A stretch of 32,000 nucleotides of DNA from the NCBI GenBank assembly GCA_964589775.1, contig CAZPUN010000012.1, positions 1 to 32,000 of the forward strand, given 5' to 3'. Each line of letters opens with the position of its first letter. Position 1 is the first letter of the stretch. The notes below the pieces were generated by a model, which worked only from the letters and a program-made list of their open reading frames with translations, was not told the DNA's origin and did not search any database. Below, in pieces: positions 8,223-16,021 of the stretch. This stretch comes from an uncultured archaeon (GTDB lineage Archaea; Asgardarchaeota; Thorarchaeia; Thorarchaeales; CAZPUN01). Position numbers and translations under genes: made by a program.

Positions 8223-9959
8223 ATGACACAAATACATAGTATAGCAAAAACATTTAGGGTTTTAAAAGAGATCTCTAAAGAAATAAAATCGATTGATATA
8301 AACACAATAATAGAGAATCCTATAAAAGTGAAAAAACAACTTAAGAAGTGGCAAATAGAACTAAAAGATTTGAAAGGACATATTATACATTCTACGATTA
8401 GTCCCTTTTCAATAAGAATGAAATATGATTCAGAGCAAAGAGATATAGATCAATTACGTCAAATAAGGAGTTTTGAAAGAGAAGAAACGCAACGTAATGC
8501 TGCAATAGATCAGTTAAAATCATCAATTATTGCGTTAAGAATTGCGGAAGGGATAATTGATGAATACGTCCCAATAATAAAAAGGATAAAAGATATTGAG
8601 AATTTCAAAAAATATGAAGCATATACTAAAAGTAGATTAGCACTAATTAAAAACTTGCCAATTGAAGGAGAATATTTACGAATTATTAGAGAACTATTAA
8701 ATAAAAATGAACGAAAATGCATACAAACAATACTACATTTACTTGCAGAAACTCAAAAAAATGAAACTCGCTTAGCAATAATAAAAGTTATCCATAGTAA
8801 AAACGGAACGCAGAAAATTTCAACTGTTGCCATAACAATTCCTAAGAATTTTAAACGAAAAATAGATAAAATAATTAAAGCAAACTTTGGCCAAAACGCG
8901 AGAGTTTTAAGAATTAGGTTTTATAAAACACAACGTGCACTCGTTCATAATAAATATTCTAGAACCGCATTAGCGATATCATATTGCAAAACATTTTCTG
9001 AAAAATACGAGCCAGATACTATCAAGCACATTCTAATTTGGGATATTATACGACATTATATATTAAATTCTAAGCGAACTCGCGAACGATATTCAGGTCA
9101 ATTTCCATATTTAGCAAGTGTTCCGACAGATGAAATGAAGAATTTATTGAAAGAACACCTTGGCAACACGAAAATCAAGATAATACCCTATGAACTAAAT
9201 ATTAATTCATTATTATTAAAGCTACACTTAGAAGAGAAATATGATGCCGATCTTCGGAAAATACATATTTTCAAGGATCCGACATTGGGTTTGATATCCA
9301 TATACTTAACGACGAACAATGATATTAACGAACTCTTAAAAGTATATCAAATAAGTAAGGATGAATTTAATGATACACTTTTTAAGCTGAGATTATTGGG
9401 ATTCCCAACATCATTTCTAAACATAGATTATGAAAAGCTACCTAAATTTGATATAAAGACATCACTAGCAAAACAAGTAATTAAAGCAATAAAAGATTAC
9501 GCTTCAAAAAAACATAGTGCGGATTATAAGAAAATTGAAAATTATGAAAGTGAGAATATATCTCAAATATATCAAATTATAGTAAACAATCGAGATGAAT
9601 TATTGGCAGCATTAGAAAATCAAAAAGACCATAGCTTTGAGAACATATATATAAGTATAAGACCAACAGTTGAAATTTTATTTGTTTTAGCAAATGAATT
9701 CCCAAACTTAAAACGTATTTATTGCCCAACAGGAAAATTTAAGGAATTATCAAAAGCTGTAATTCAAATTGCAAATCTTGCAAATATAAAAATTCTGCCA
9801 TTACATAAACCTAAAGGACGGAGCCAGAAGTATTCTGATGAGACTGTAAAAAAAATCAAAGAGCAGTATAACTCCGGAAAATCTGTATCGGAAATTTCCC
9901 AATCTTTTGATATTCCCATAAGAACAATTTATCATATAATAAAGAAAAAAAATACTTAA
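8223..9959 (+). CDS. DUF530-like protein fused to a C-terminal DUF1699-like domain and HTH
   Basis: Segments AIDQLKSSIIALRIA, RLALIKNLPIEGEYL, KTQRALVHNKY and WDIIRHY...RERYSGQFP resemble DUF530 as I recall it. The C-terminus IYISIRPT...PNLKRIYCP...KGRSQKY plus HTH (SVSEISQSFDIPIRTIYHII) resembles DUF1699 proteins. Alternative TTG start at 8217. Confidence 0.65.
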   Translation: MTQIHSIAKTFRVLKEISKEIKSIDINTIIENPIKVKKQLKKWQIELKDLKGHIIHSTISPFSIRMKYDSEQRDIDQLRQIRSFEREETQRNAAIDQLKSSIIALRIAEGIIDEYVPIIKRIKDIENFKKYEAYTKSRLALIKNLPIEGEYLRIIRELLNKNERKCIQTILHLLAETQKNETRLAIIKVIHSKNGTQKISTVAITIPKNFKRKIDKIIKANFGQNARVLRIRFYKTQRALVHNKYSRTALAISYCKTFSEKYEPDTIKHILIWDIIRHYILNSKRTRERYSGQFPYLASVPTDEMKNLLKEHLGNTKIKIIPYELNINSLLLKLHLEEKYDADLRKIHIFKDPTLGLISIYLTTNNDINELLKVYQISKDEFNDTLFKLRLLGFPTSFLNIDYEKLPKFDIKTSLAKQVIKAIKDYASKKHSADYKKIENYESENISQIYQIIVNNRDELLAALENQKDHSFENIYISIRPTVEILFVLANEFPNLKRIYCPTGKFKELSKAVIQIANLANIKILPLHKPKGRSQKYSDETVKKIKEQYNSGKSVSEISQSFDIPIRTIYHIIKKKNT

Positions 9960-10031
9960 TTTTTCTAAAAAGTCTTAATAATGCAAATTAAATAATAAAT
10001 GTAACATATTTTATTTGGAGAGTGAAAAGGA

Positions 10032-13000
10032 GTGAAGGAAACACTATCAAAAATGCTTTCTGAAAAATTAGGCTTAACTAATGAAGAAATAGACACATAT
10101 ATTTGGACGCTTGTAATGGGATACACAACGGCGGGTGATTTAGTAGCATATACCGGCATGCCCCTTGAAAAAGTAGATCAAGCACTAAATTCGTTAATTG
10201 ATAAAAATCTCATATACAAAATTGAAGGGATAATTGCACGGTATAGAGCACAACCTCCATTTAAGGGATTTTCAGATATTTTAACAGAATTTGGTAATAA
10301 AATGAACACGATTGAGAAAGAACTTACAAAAGAAGTTGAAACATACAGAGAAAATTTGAATTCACTAATGCAGGACCTTAAACAGAATATTAATGAAATA
10401 ACAGATAATGCAATCCAAACACAAAAGGAAAAATCTGATGCAGCAATTGAACAAATTAAAAAACATATTGAAGATAAGAAAAATGAAGTTGAAAATATAA
10501 ACGAGGAAACAATAGAGAAGATTTCACTTACGATCTCAAATAATGATGAATACATACAAAATACTATAAACACATTCAAAGAAACAATAATTCAAAATTT
10601 CGAATCATTGAAAGAAAAAGGAAATGAAACATTATCAACAATAAATCAGGAAATAAAAACTGAGCTAAATAACTTTGCAGAAGATATAAATCAGAAATCT
10701 ACAGAATTAAAAACATCAATTAATGATAATTTACATTCAATAAGTTCAGATACTGCAGCCTTTATTACATCTATACAAAACGATTTTAAATCAGAATTAG
10801 ATATGTTTCATAATACATCGAAAGAACATATTATAAAAATGAATACACACCTTAGCAAAAATATTCAAGATGAACAAAATAAACTAACCTCAAAAATATC
10901 AACCTCAACTGACACGTTAAAGAATTTGTTGACACAATATAACCAAGCAATTAATAATGAGATAACTAAATTCAAGGAAACAGTATCTGAAAATATTGGC
11001 ACATTCAAACAAATGAATACAGATAAAATAAAAACCCTCCTTGAGACTAGTTCATCATTAATACAAAATGGAAAAGAAAATATAAATCAACAAAAAGAGA
11101 CACAGATCGAAAAAATTGCGGTGGCATCTAAGAATGCGTCAGAAGCCGCATCAGTTTTGTCTAGAAGTTTAATTGAAAAAACTCAAGCAACCATTACAGA
11201 TACGAAATCTAATTTTGAAGAATCATTAAATGATTCTAAAACAAAAGAAATTGCACTAGTAAAGATGTTTCAAGCTACACTTGGAACCACATTTGATGAA
11301 TTGTATACAATATCCTCAGAAAAAACTGAAGAACAAAAAGGGATTCTTACAGAATTAATTAACAACACAACACAAACATCTCAAACTACAATTGAAAATA
11401 TTGCCAATAATTTAACACAAAAATCAGGAGAGTTATCAGAAGATCTCAGAAGTAAAATGGAAATAACAATATCATCAGAAAAAGAAAAAATCGAACTATC
11501 CTCACGAATGATATCAGAACAAATAGAAAAGATGAAAGAAACAATTCAAAAAATTGTTGCGGAAACTGTTGAAACAATTATGCAAAACATTTCAATACAA
11601 TTTAATGATATGGTGGCACAATTAACTTCATTCGGAGATTCTACAAATAATGTGATCTCGGAATACATCACTCAAATGAATAAGAGTATAGCAGATGAAA
11701 AAGACAACGGAATTATACAGATCAAAGAAATAACAAAACAACAGACTGAAACATTGAATACATCAATAGAAACATACATAGCGAAGACTAAAGAAACCTT
11801 AACAAATACGAAGGAAGACTTAAACTCGAAGATTATAGAATTAGAATCAGATATAGACACATTTGTCTCAAATAGAATTCAACAACAAAACAAGACTTTT
11901 GATAATTATTTGAATACAGTCAATACCGAAATTACAGAATTTCGTAATAATATGCATCAAGAAATAAACAATTTAGAAACTACATTAAATGCAAACACCA
12001 ATGATTTATGTAGTACACTTACAGAAACACTTGAGAGTATAGATAATACCATAACTGAAACACATAATCAACTTATTGATGAGACAAATAATATTGCTAC
12101 AAAACTTGAATCGGATACAGAATCAGTAGAAAATACAATGAAAACGCAATTGTCACAAAATACAGAAAACGCAATTGAAGAAATTAGTTCTACCCATTCT
12201 GAGGAAATTGAATTTGTAAATTCATTTGCAAATAATATGCAAAACATAGTTTCAGATATTTCAGATGAAATAACAACATCTTTGACTTCAACCGTAAATT
12301 CAACAAAAGATAATGTAGACAATAAAGCCAATGAATCACAAGAAAAGCTAAATACGCATATTGAAAATTCAAAAGCTACGATTTCAGAAACGATTGATCA
12401 AGGAATTGTAAGAATTACAGATACAATCAATGCATTAGACAACACTTTAGATCAAAATATAACAACATACAAACAAGTAATTTCCAATACATTAGATAGT
12501 GGAATTGAGAAAACAACAGAAGTATCAAATAATACAATAACAAACCTGAGAGAAGCATTAACTAACATAAGTCAGGATAGTAGAACAGGAATACAAAACA
12601 TGAATAAGAATGTACAATTAACATTGACGACCTCAAAAGAATTCATACTAAATCAAATAAGTACTCAAATTTCTGTATTCGGAGAATTGTCTAATGAATT
12701 AAAAGAAAAGTATCTTACGGCAGTCAATGAAGCAAATAGTGGATTATTACATATTTTCTCAGACGAAGCACTAGGAAAAATCACTGCAAATATGAGAGAA
12801 GCCGTGAATAACTCAAATGAACTATCAAAATTACTAAAGACAATTTGGGATGAAGTAGCTGATATTAAACCAGTTCATACCAAGAAAACATGGACAGTCG
12901 TAACACGCAGTGGCATAATGGCACACATAAAGGATATGATCAAAAGAGCCAAATCACATATGCTTCTTGTTGTTCCTACAATAGCAGATGTTCCAGTAGA

Positions 13001-13307
13001 TTTAATTCTAAAAATGAAGAAATCTGTTAGAACAGAAATAGTATTTGATGTAACTCAAAAAGATAAGAAAACTGCATTACAATTAGTACAACAAGGAAAC
13101 ATAAGAGTCAGAGATAGAAAAGAACGCGACTATTACAGTTGTGTTATTGATGCGGAAGAAGTACTATTAGGTCCTGCAGCCCAAAAAGATGAAGAAAACA
13201 TGGCGATCGTCTCAGAAGATGAAAATATAATTAAACTAGTTATGCAACATATGGGCCCAATATGGCAAGCACAGGCAAAGAATCTGAAAGAAGCAGACCT
13301 ACAATAA
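10032..13307 (+). CDS. TrmB-like wHTH, very long hendecad coiled coil, and C-terminal TrmB/PLD-like domain protein
   Basis: The N-terminus (LGLTNEEIDTY...TAGDL...ALNSLIDKNLI...YRAQPP) matches a TrmB wHTH. Residues 77-946 contain no proline and show 3-4-4 hydrophobic spacing. The C-terminus (TWTV...IKDMIKRAKSHMLLVVP...CVIDAEEVLLG...W) is like the TrmB effector domain. GGAG elements precede the GTG start. Confidence 0.75.
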   Translation: MKETLSKMLSEKLGLTNEEIDTYIWTLVMGYTTAGDLVAYTGMPLEKVDQALNSLIDKNLIYKIEGIIARYRAQPPFKGFSDILTEFGNKMNTIEKELTKEVETYRENLNSLMQDLKQNINEITDNAIQTQKEKSDAAIEQIKKHIEDKKNEVENINEETIEKISLTISNNDEYIQNTINTFKETIIQNFESLKEKGNETLSTINQEIKTELNNFAEDINQKSTELKTSINDNLHSISSDTAAFITSIQNDFKSELDMFHNTSKEHIIKMNTHLSKNIQDEQNKLTSKISTSTDTLKNLLTQYNQAINNEITKFKETVSENIGTFKQMNTDKIKTLLETSSSLIQNGKENINQQKETQIEKIAVASKNASEAASVLSRSLIEKTQATITDTKSNFEESLNDSKTKEIALVKMFQATLGTTFDELYTISSEKTEEQKGILTELINNTTQTSQTTIENIANNLTQKSGELSEDLRSKMEITISSEKEKIELSSRMISEQIEKMKETIQKIVAETVETIMQNISIQFNDMVAQLTSFGDSTNNVISEYITQMNKSIADEKDNGIIQIKEITKQQTETLNTSIETYIAKTKETLTNTKEDLNSKIIELESDIDTFVSNRIQQQNKTFDNYLNTVNTEITEFRNNMHQEINNLETTLNANTNDLCSTLTETLESIDNTITETHNQLIDETNNIATKLESDTESVENTMKTQLSQNTENAIEEISSTHSEEIEFVNSFANNMQNIVSDISDEITTSLTSTVNSTKDNVDNKANESQEKLNTHIENSKATISETIDQGIVRITDTINALDNTLDQNITTYKQVISNTLDSGIEKTTEVSNNTITNLREALTNISQDSRTGIQNMNKNVQLTLTTSKEFILNQISTQISVFGELSNELKEKYLTAVNEANSGLLHIFSDEALGKITANMREAVNNSNELSKLLKTIWDEVADIKPVHTKKTWTVVTRSGIMAHIKDMIKRAKSHMLLVVPTIADVPVDLILKMKKSVRTEIVFDVTQKDKKTALQLVQQGNIRVRDRKERDYYSCVIDAEEVLLGPAAQKDEENMAIVSEDENIIKLVMQHMGPIWQAQAKNLKEADLQ

Positions 13308-13322
13308 CATTAAATTCTTAAC

Positions 13323-13340
13323 TTTTATTTTTCCTTTTTT
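13323..13340 (+). terminator. Oligo-T archaeal terminator candidate
   Basis: TTTTATTTTTCCTTTTTT lies just after the stop of the 1091-aa gene. Confidence 0.5.
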
Positions 13341-13344
13341 ATAT

Positions 13345-13358
13345 GAAAAATTTTAAAA
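13345..13358 (+). promoter_or_regulatory. BRE/TATA promoter of tRNA-Gly
   Basis: GAAAAA followed by TTTTAAAA, about 30 nt upstream of the mature tRNA 5' end. Confidence 0.5.
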
Positions 13359-13383
13359 CACTATCAATGTTTGATGAAAATAA

Positions 13384-13461
13384 GCGGTTGTGGTCTAGAC
13401 TGGTCTAGGACGGAAGCCTCCCAAGCTTCCAACCCGGGTTCAAATCCCGGCAACCGCACCA
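13384..13461 (+). tRNA. tRNA-Gly(CCC)
   Basis: Acceptor GCGGTTG/CAACCGC, anticodon arm GAAGC-CT CCC AA-GCTTC, T arm CCGGG-TTCAAAT-CCCGG, encoded CCA. Confidence 0.98.
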
Positions 13462-13476
13462 CCAAATTTTGTATGG

Positions 13477-13491
13477 CAAAACATTATAAAA
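13477..13491 (+). promoter_or_regulatory. BRE/TATA promoter of putative C/D sRNA
   Basis: CAAAACA followed by TTATAAAA (13484-13491), about 25-30 nt upstream of the sRNA terminal stem. Confidence 0.55.
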
Positions 13492-13513
13492 ACTATTTTT
13501 GAAAATATCAGGT

Positions 13514-13594
13514 AGATGACGAGTGATGAAATAAAGACCCCTATGAGAATTTAAAATTCGATGATTAAGATCTTGAGTATTGAACTCGTCATCT
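13514..13594 (+). ncRNA. C/D-box 2'-O-methylation guide sRNA (predicted target Cm34 of tRNA-Leu CAA)
   Basis: 11-bp terminal stem AGATGACGAGT/ACTCGTCATCT. C box GTGATGA (13523-29), D' ATGA (13543-46), C' ATGATTA (13561-67), D TTGA (13580-83). Guides of 13 and 12 nt. Followed by a short T run. Confidence 0.8.
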
Positions 13595-13695
13595 TTTAAA
13601 AATATTTTCGGATATCTCTCTGTTATTTGTATATTAAAACATACAATTTACATAAAACTTATTAGAGATAAAAGAAAGTATTAATGGGATAAAAA

Positions 13696-14907
13696 GTGTC
13701 GACCAATTTTCTTGAAGAAGAGCTACATAGAAAATCGGTATTCAGACCGAAAGGCGAGCGGTACTTGGATATTGAATATGTACCCCAAACAATGCCACAT
13801 AGAGAAGAACATTTGAGACAATTAGCTCGAATTTTTAAATCAGTAATAGAGTCCCCAAGTAATACTAGTCAGAAAGTACTAATACATGGAAATACAGGAA
13901 CTGGAAAAACTGCAGTTACTAAATATTTTGGGGCAATGATAGAAGATTCTGCAAGAAAACGGTCTTTACGAATTGATTATAAACATATTAATTGTAGAAG
14001 TAAAAAAACAGAATATTTAGTTCTTTTAACGATATTAAGACATTATGATAAGAATATTCCAAAACGTGGCTTTTCACCTTCTGAATTATTACATATGCTA
14101 ATAGATATATTAGAAGCAGAAGATCGACATTTGGTACTTACGTTAGATGAAGTTGATTATTTAGTGAGGACAAGGGGTCCAGATTTAATTTACGATCTTA
14201 CACGTTTAACTGATGATCGTCTAAATGCGCCACAAAGGCTATCCTTAATTACAATAGTAAGAGATACTACGTTTCTAAATGTCTTAGATTCAAGTACATT
14301 AAGTACATTTCAAAAGAATGTTATGAAATTAGAAAAATATACAGCATCACAGCTTGAAGATATTTTAAACTTAAGGGTTCAATACGCATTTAGGGACAAT
14401 ACAGTTCCAAAAGATACAATCTCATTAATTGCAGATATTGCATCAGATATGGGTGATGCACGCTATGCCATAGAATTACTATGGAAAGCGGGAAAATATG
14501 CAGATTCAAATAACGCTGAACGCGTATATCCCGAATTTGTAAGACTTGCAAAATCCGAAATACATCCAGAAATTAGAAAAGAGATCTTAGATGCACTTTC
14601 AGACTCACAAAGAGTTTTACTATTATCGATCGCAAGGCAATTAATAAACAAAAAATCAGCATACATAACAATTGGCGAATTAGAAGAAATGTATCAAATA
14701 GTTAGTGAAGAATACTCTATAAAGCCACGAGCCCATACTCAGGTATGGACACAAATTCAAGAGTTAGAACACCATGGGATAATATCTACAAAAATATCAG
14801 GCCAAGGATATAGAGGAAAAACAACATTAATTGGACTACCTGAAATTCCTGCAGAACAACTAGAACGTATACTAACAAAATATATGAAATCAGGGGAATA
14901 TATATGA
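13696..14907 (+). CDS. cdc6: Orc1/Cdc6 replication initiator family protein (Orc1-2-like)
   Basis: Motifs YVPQTMPHREE, Walker A GNTGTGKT, INC, Walker B LDEVD, YTASQL and GDARYAI, plus a C-terminal winged helix (GYRGKTT). Confidence 0.95.
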   Translation: MSTNFLEEELHRKSVFRPKGERYLDIEYVPQTMPHREEHLRQLARIFKSVIESPSNTSQKVLIHGNTGTGKTAVTKYFGAMIEDSARKRSLRIDYKHINCRSKKTEYLVLLTILRHYDKNIPKRGFSPSELLHMLIDILEAEDRHLVLTLDEVDYLVRTRGPDLIYDLTRLTDDRLNAPQRLSLITIVRDTTFLNVLDSSTLSTFQKNVMKLEKYTASQLEDILNLRVQYAFRDNTVPKDTISLIADIASDMGDARYAIELLWKAGKYADSNNAERVYPEFVRLAKSEIHPEIRKEILDALSDSQRVLLLSIARQLINKKSAYITIGELEEMYQIVSEEYSIKPRAHTQVWTQIQELEHHGIISTKISGQGYRGKTTLIGLPEIPAEQLERILTKYMKSGEYI

Positions 14908-15185
14908 GCAAAGTAGAAACTACAAAAATACCGATAGAAGAAGTATTATCATCACGAGGAAGAGTTAAAATTCTTTCAGAACTAGCAAAAGCGGGTGAAC
15001 TTAATATTTCAGAATTAGCAAAAAGAGCAGGATTAAATCATGCGACGGCAAAGCAGCATCTTAAAATTTTAGTAAGATCTGGAATCGTAATTGAAAAAAC
15101 ATTTGGACGAATTCGGATCTATAAATTTAATAGTGATGACCTACGAGGACGCGCATTAAAGAAACTTTTTGAATCATGGGAATAG
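14904..15185 (+). CDS. ArsR-family wHTH transcriptional regulator
   Basis: SSRGRVKIL...ELNISELAKRAGLNHATAKQHL...FGRIRIY. ATGA overlap with the cdc6 stop. Confidence 0.85.
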   Translation: MSKVETTKIPIEEVLSSRGRVKILSELAKAGELNISELAKRAGLNHATAKQHLKILVRSGIVIEKTFGRIRIYKFNSDDLRGRALKKLFESWE

Positions 15186-15220
15186 ATAAGTTAAAATAAA
15201 AAAGAATTATTCATGGAACC

Positions 15221-16021
15221 ATGAATGTTGCCGTCAAAGTGTTTTACATAGGGACAAAATATCATGGCTCACAAATGCAACCGGGTTTGAGGACCATAGA
15301 AGGGGAATTACAAAAGGCTGTAAATAAATATAATGCAGAAAATTATGGTAAAGTAAAATTTTCAGGACGAACAGATAAAGGGGTGCACAGCTTAGGACAA
15401 ATTGTAGTTTTACCAATTAAAGGCGAGATGTTTTATCCTGAAAAATTAAATACTGAGCTTCCAGAAGACATAATTGTATGGGCATGGACAAAAGTACCGC
15501 CTAATTTTAATCCACGAAGAGACGTAAATTCAAGAACATATCGATATTTTTATCCAACATGGAATGTAAGTTTAGATTTTGAAAAAATGCGAATAGCTGC
15601 AAATGAATTCATAGGAGAACATAATTTTTCACATTTTGCAAAACCAAGAAACGATCAAAATCCGGTAACTATAATACACAATTTAGAGATTTTTCAAAAT
15701 AACACATATATTGAATTCAAAATACGTGGACGAAATTTTTTATGGATGATGGTTAGAAAGATAATAAGAGCACTAATTCAGGTAGGCTCAAATGAACTTA
15801 ATATTGAGACTTTACGGGACATCATAAATTTAAAATCAAAGCCACAGAAGGGTTTTCAGCCAGTACCAGCCAATGGATTAATTCTATGGGACATAGAAAC
15901 AAAGTTTAATTTTACGATCAATAAAAAAGGAATTAAACGCATAAAACAACTAGTAAATTCATATATATTTAATTTAGAACAAGGCTTAAACATTATGAAA
16001 AAAATTAATGACTTTATGTAA
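15221..16021 (+). CDS. truA: tRNA pseudouridine(38-40) synthase
   Basis: Motifs YxGxxYHGSQxQP, GRTDKGVH, RTYRY, GEHNF, FLWMMVR and GLIL. Confidence 0.95.
   Translation: MNVAVKVFYIGTKYHGSQMQPGLRTIEGELQKAVNKYNAENYGKVKFSGRTDKGVHSLGQIVVLPIKGEMFYPEKLNTELPEDIIVWAWTKVPPNFNPRRDVNSRTYRYFYPTWNVSLDFEKMRIAANEFIGEHNFSHFAKPRNDQNPVTIIHNLEIFQNNTYIEFKIRGRNFLWMMVRKIIRALIQVGSNELNIETLRDIINLKSKPQKGFQPVPANGLILWDIETKFNFTINKKGIKRIKQLVNSYIFNLEQGLNIMKKINDFM

Noticed and set aside
10032-13307. SMC/Rad50, chemoreceptor or phage tape-measure identity for the long helical protein
   Set aside because: It has no Walker motifs, hinge or zinc hook, no MCP signalling hairpin motif, no transmembrane segment and no viral neighbours.
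8217-13461. Integrated element at tRNA-Gly carrying the two unusual genes
   Set aside because: No integrase and no duplicated tRNA fragment (att site) were seen, and the genes have ordinary archaeal signals.
13533-13552. Resemblance of AAAGACCCCTATGAGAATTT to 23S rRNA (AAGACCCUAUGGAGCUUU)
   Set aside because: The match is short, imperfect and in the sense orientation, so it cannot act as a guide. Probably chance.
13514-13594. SECIS element or MITE reading of the 11-bp inverted repeat
   Set aside because: There is no helix II above the AUGA/GA core, no upstream in-frame UGA selenoprotein, no target-site duplication and no second copy.
13465-13695. Replication origin (oriC) upstream of cdc6
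   Set aside because: No repeated ORB (TCCA-N-GAAA plus G-string) elements were found. The only structured element is better explained as a C/D sRNA, and the Cdc6 looks Orc1-2-like. An origin is not excluded but is unsupported.
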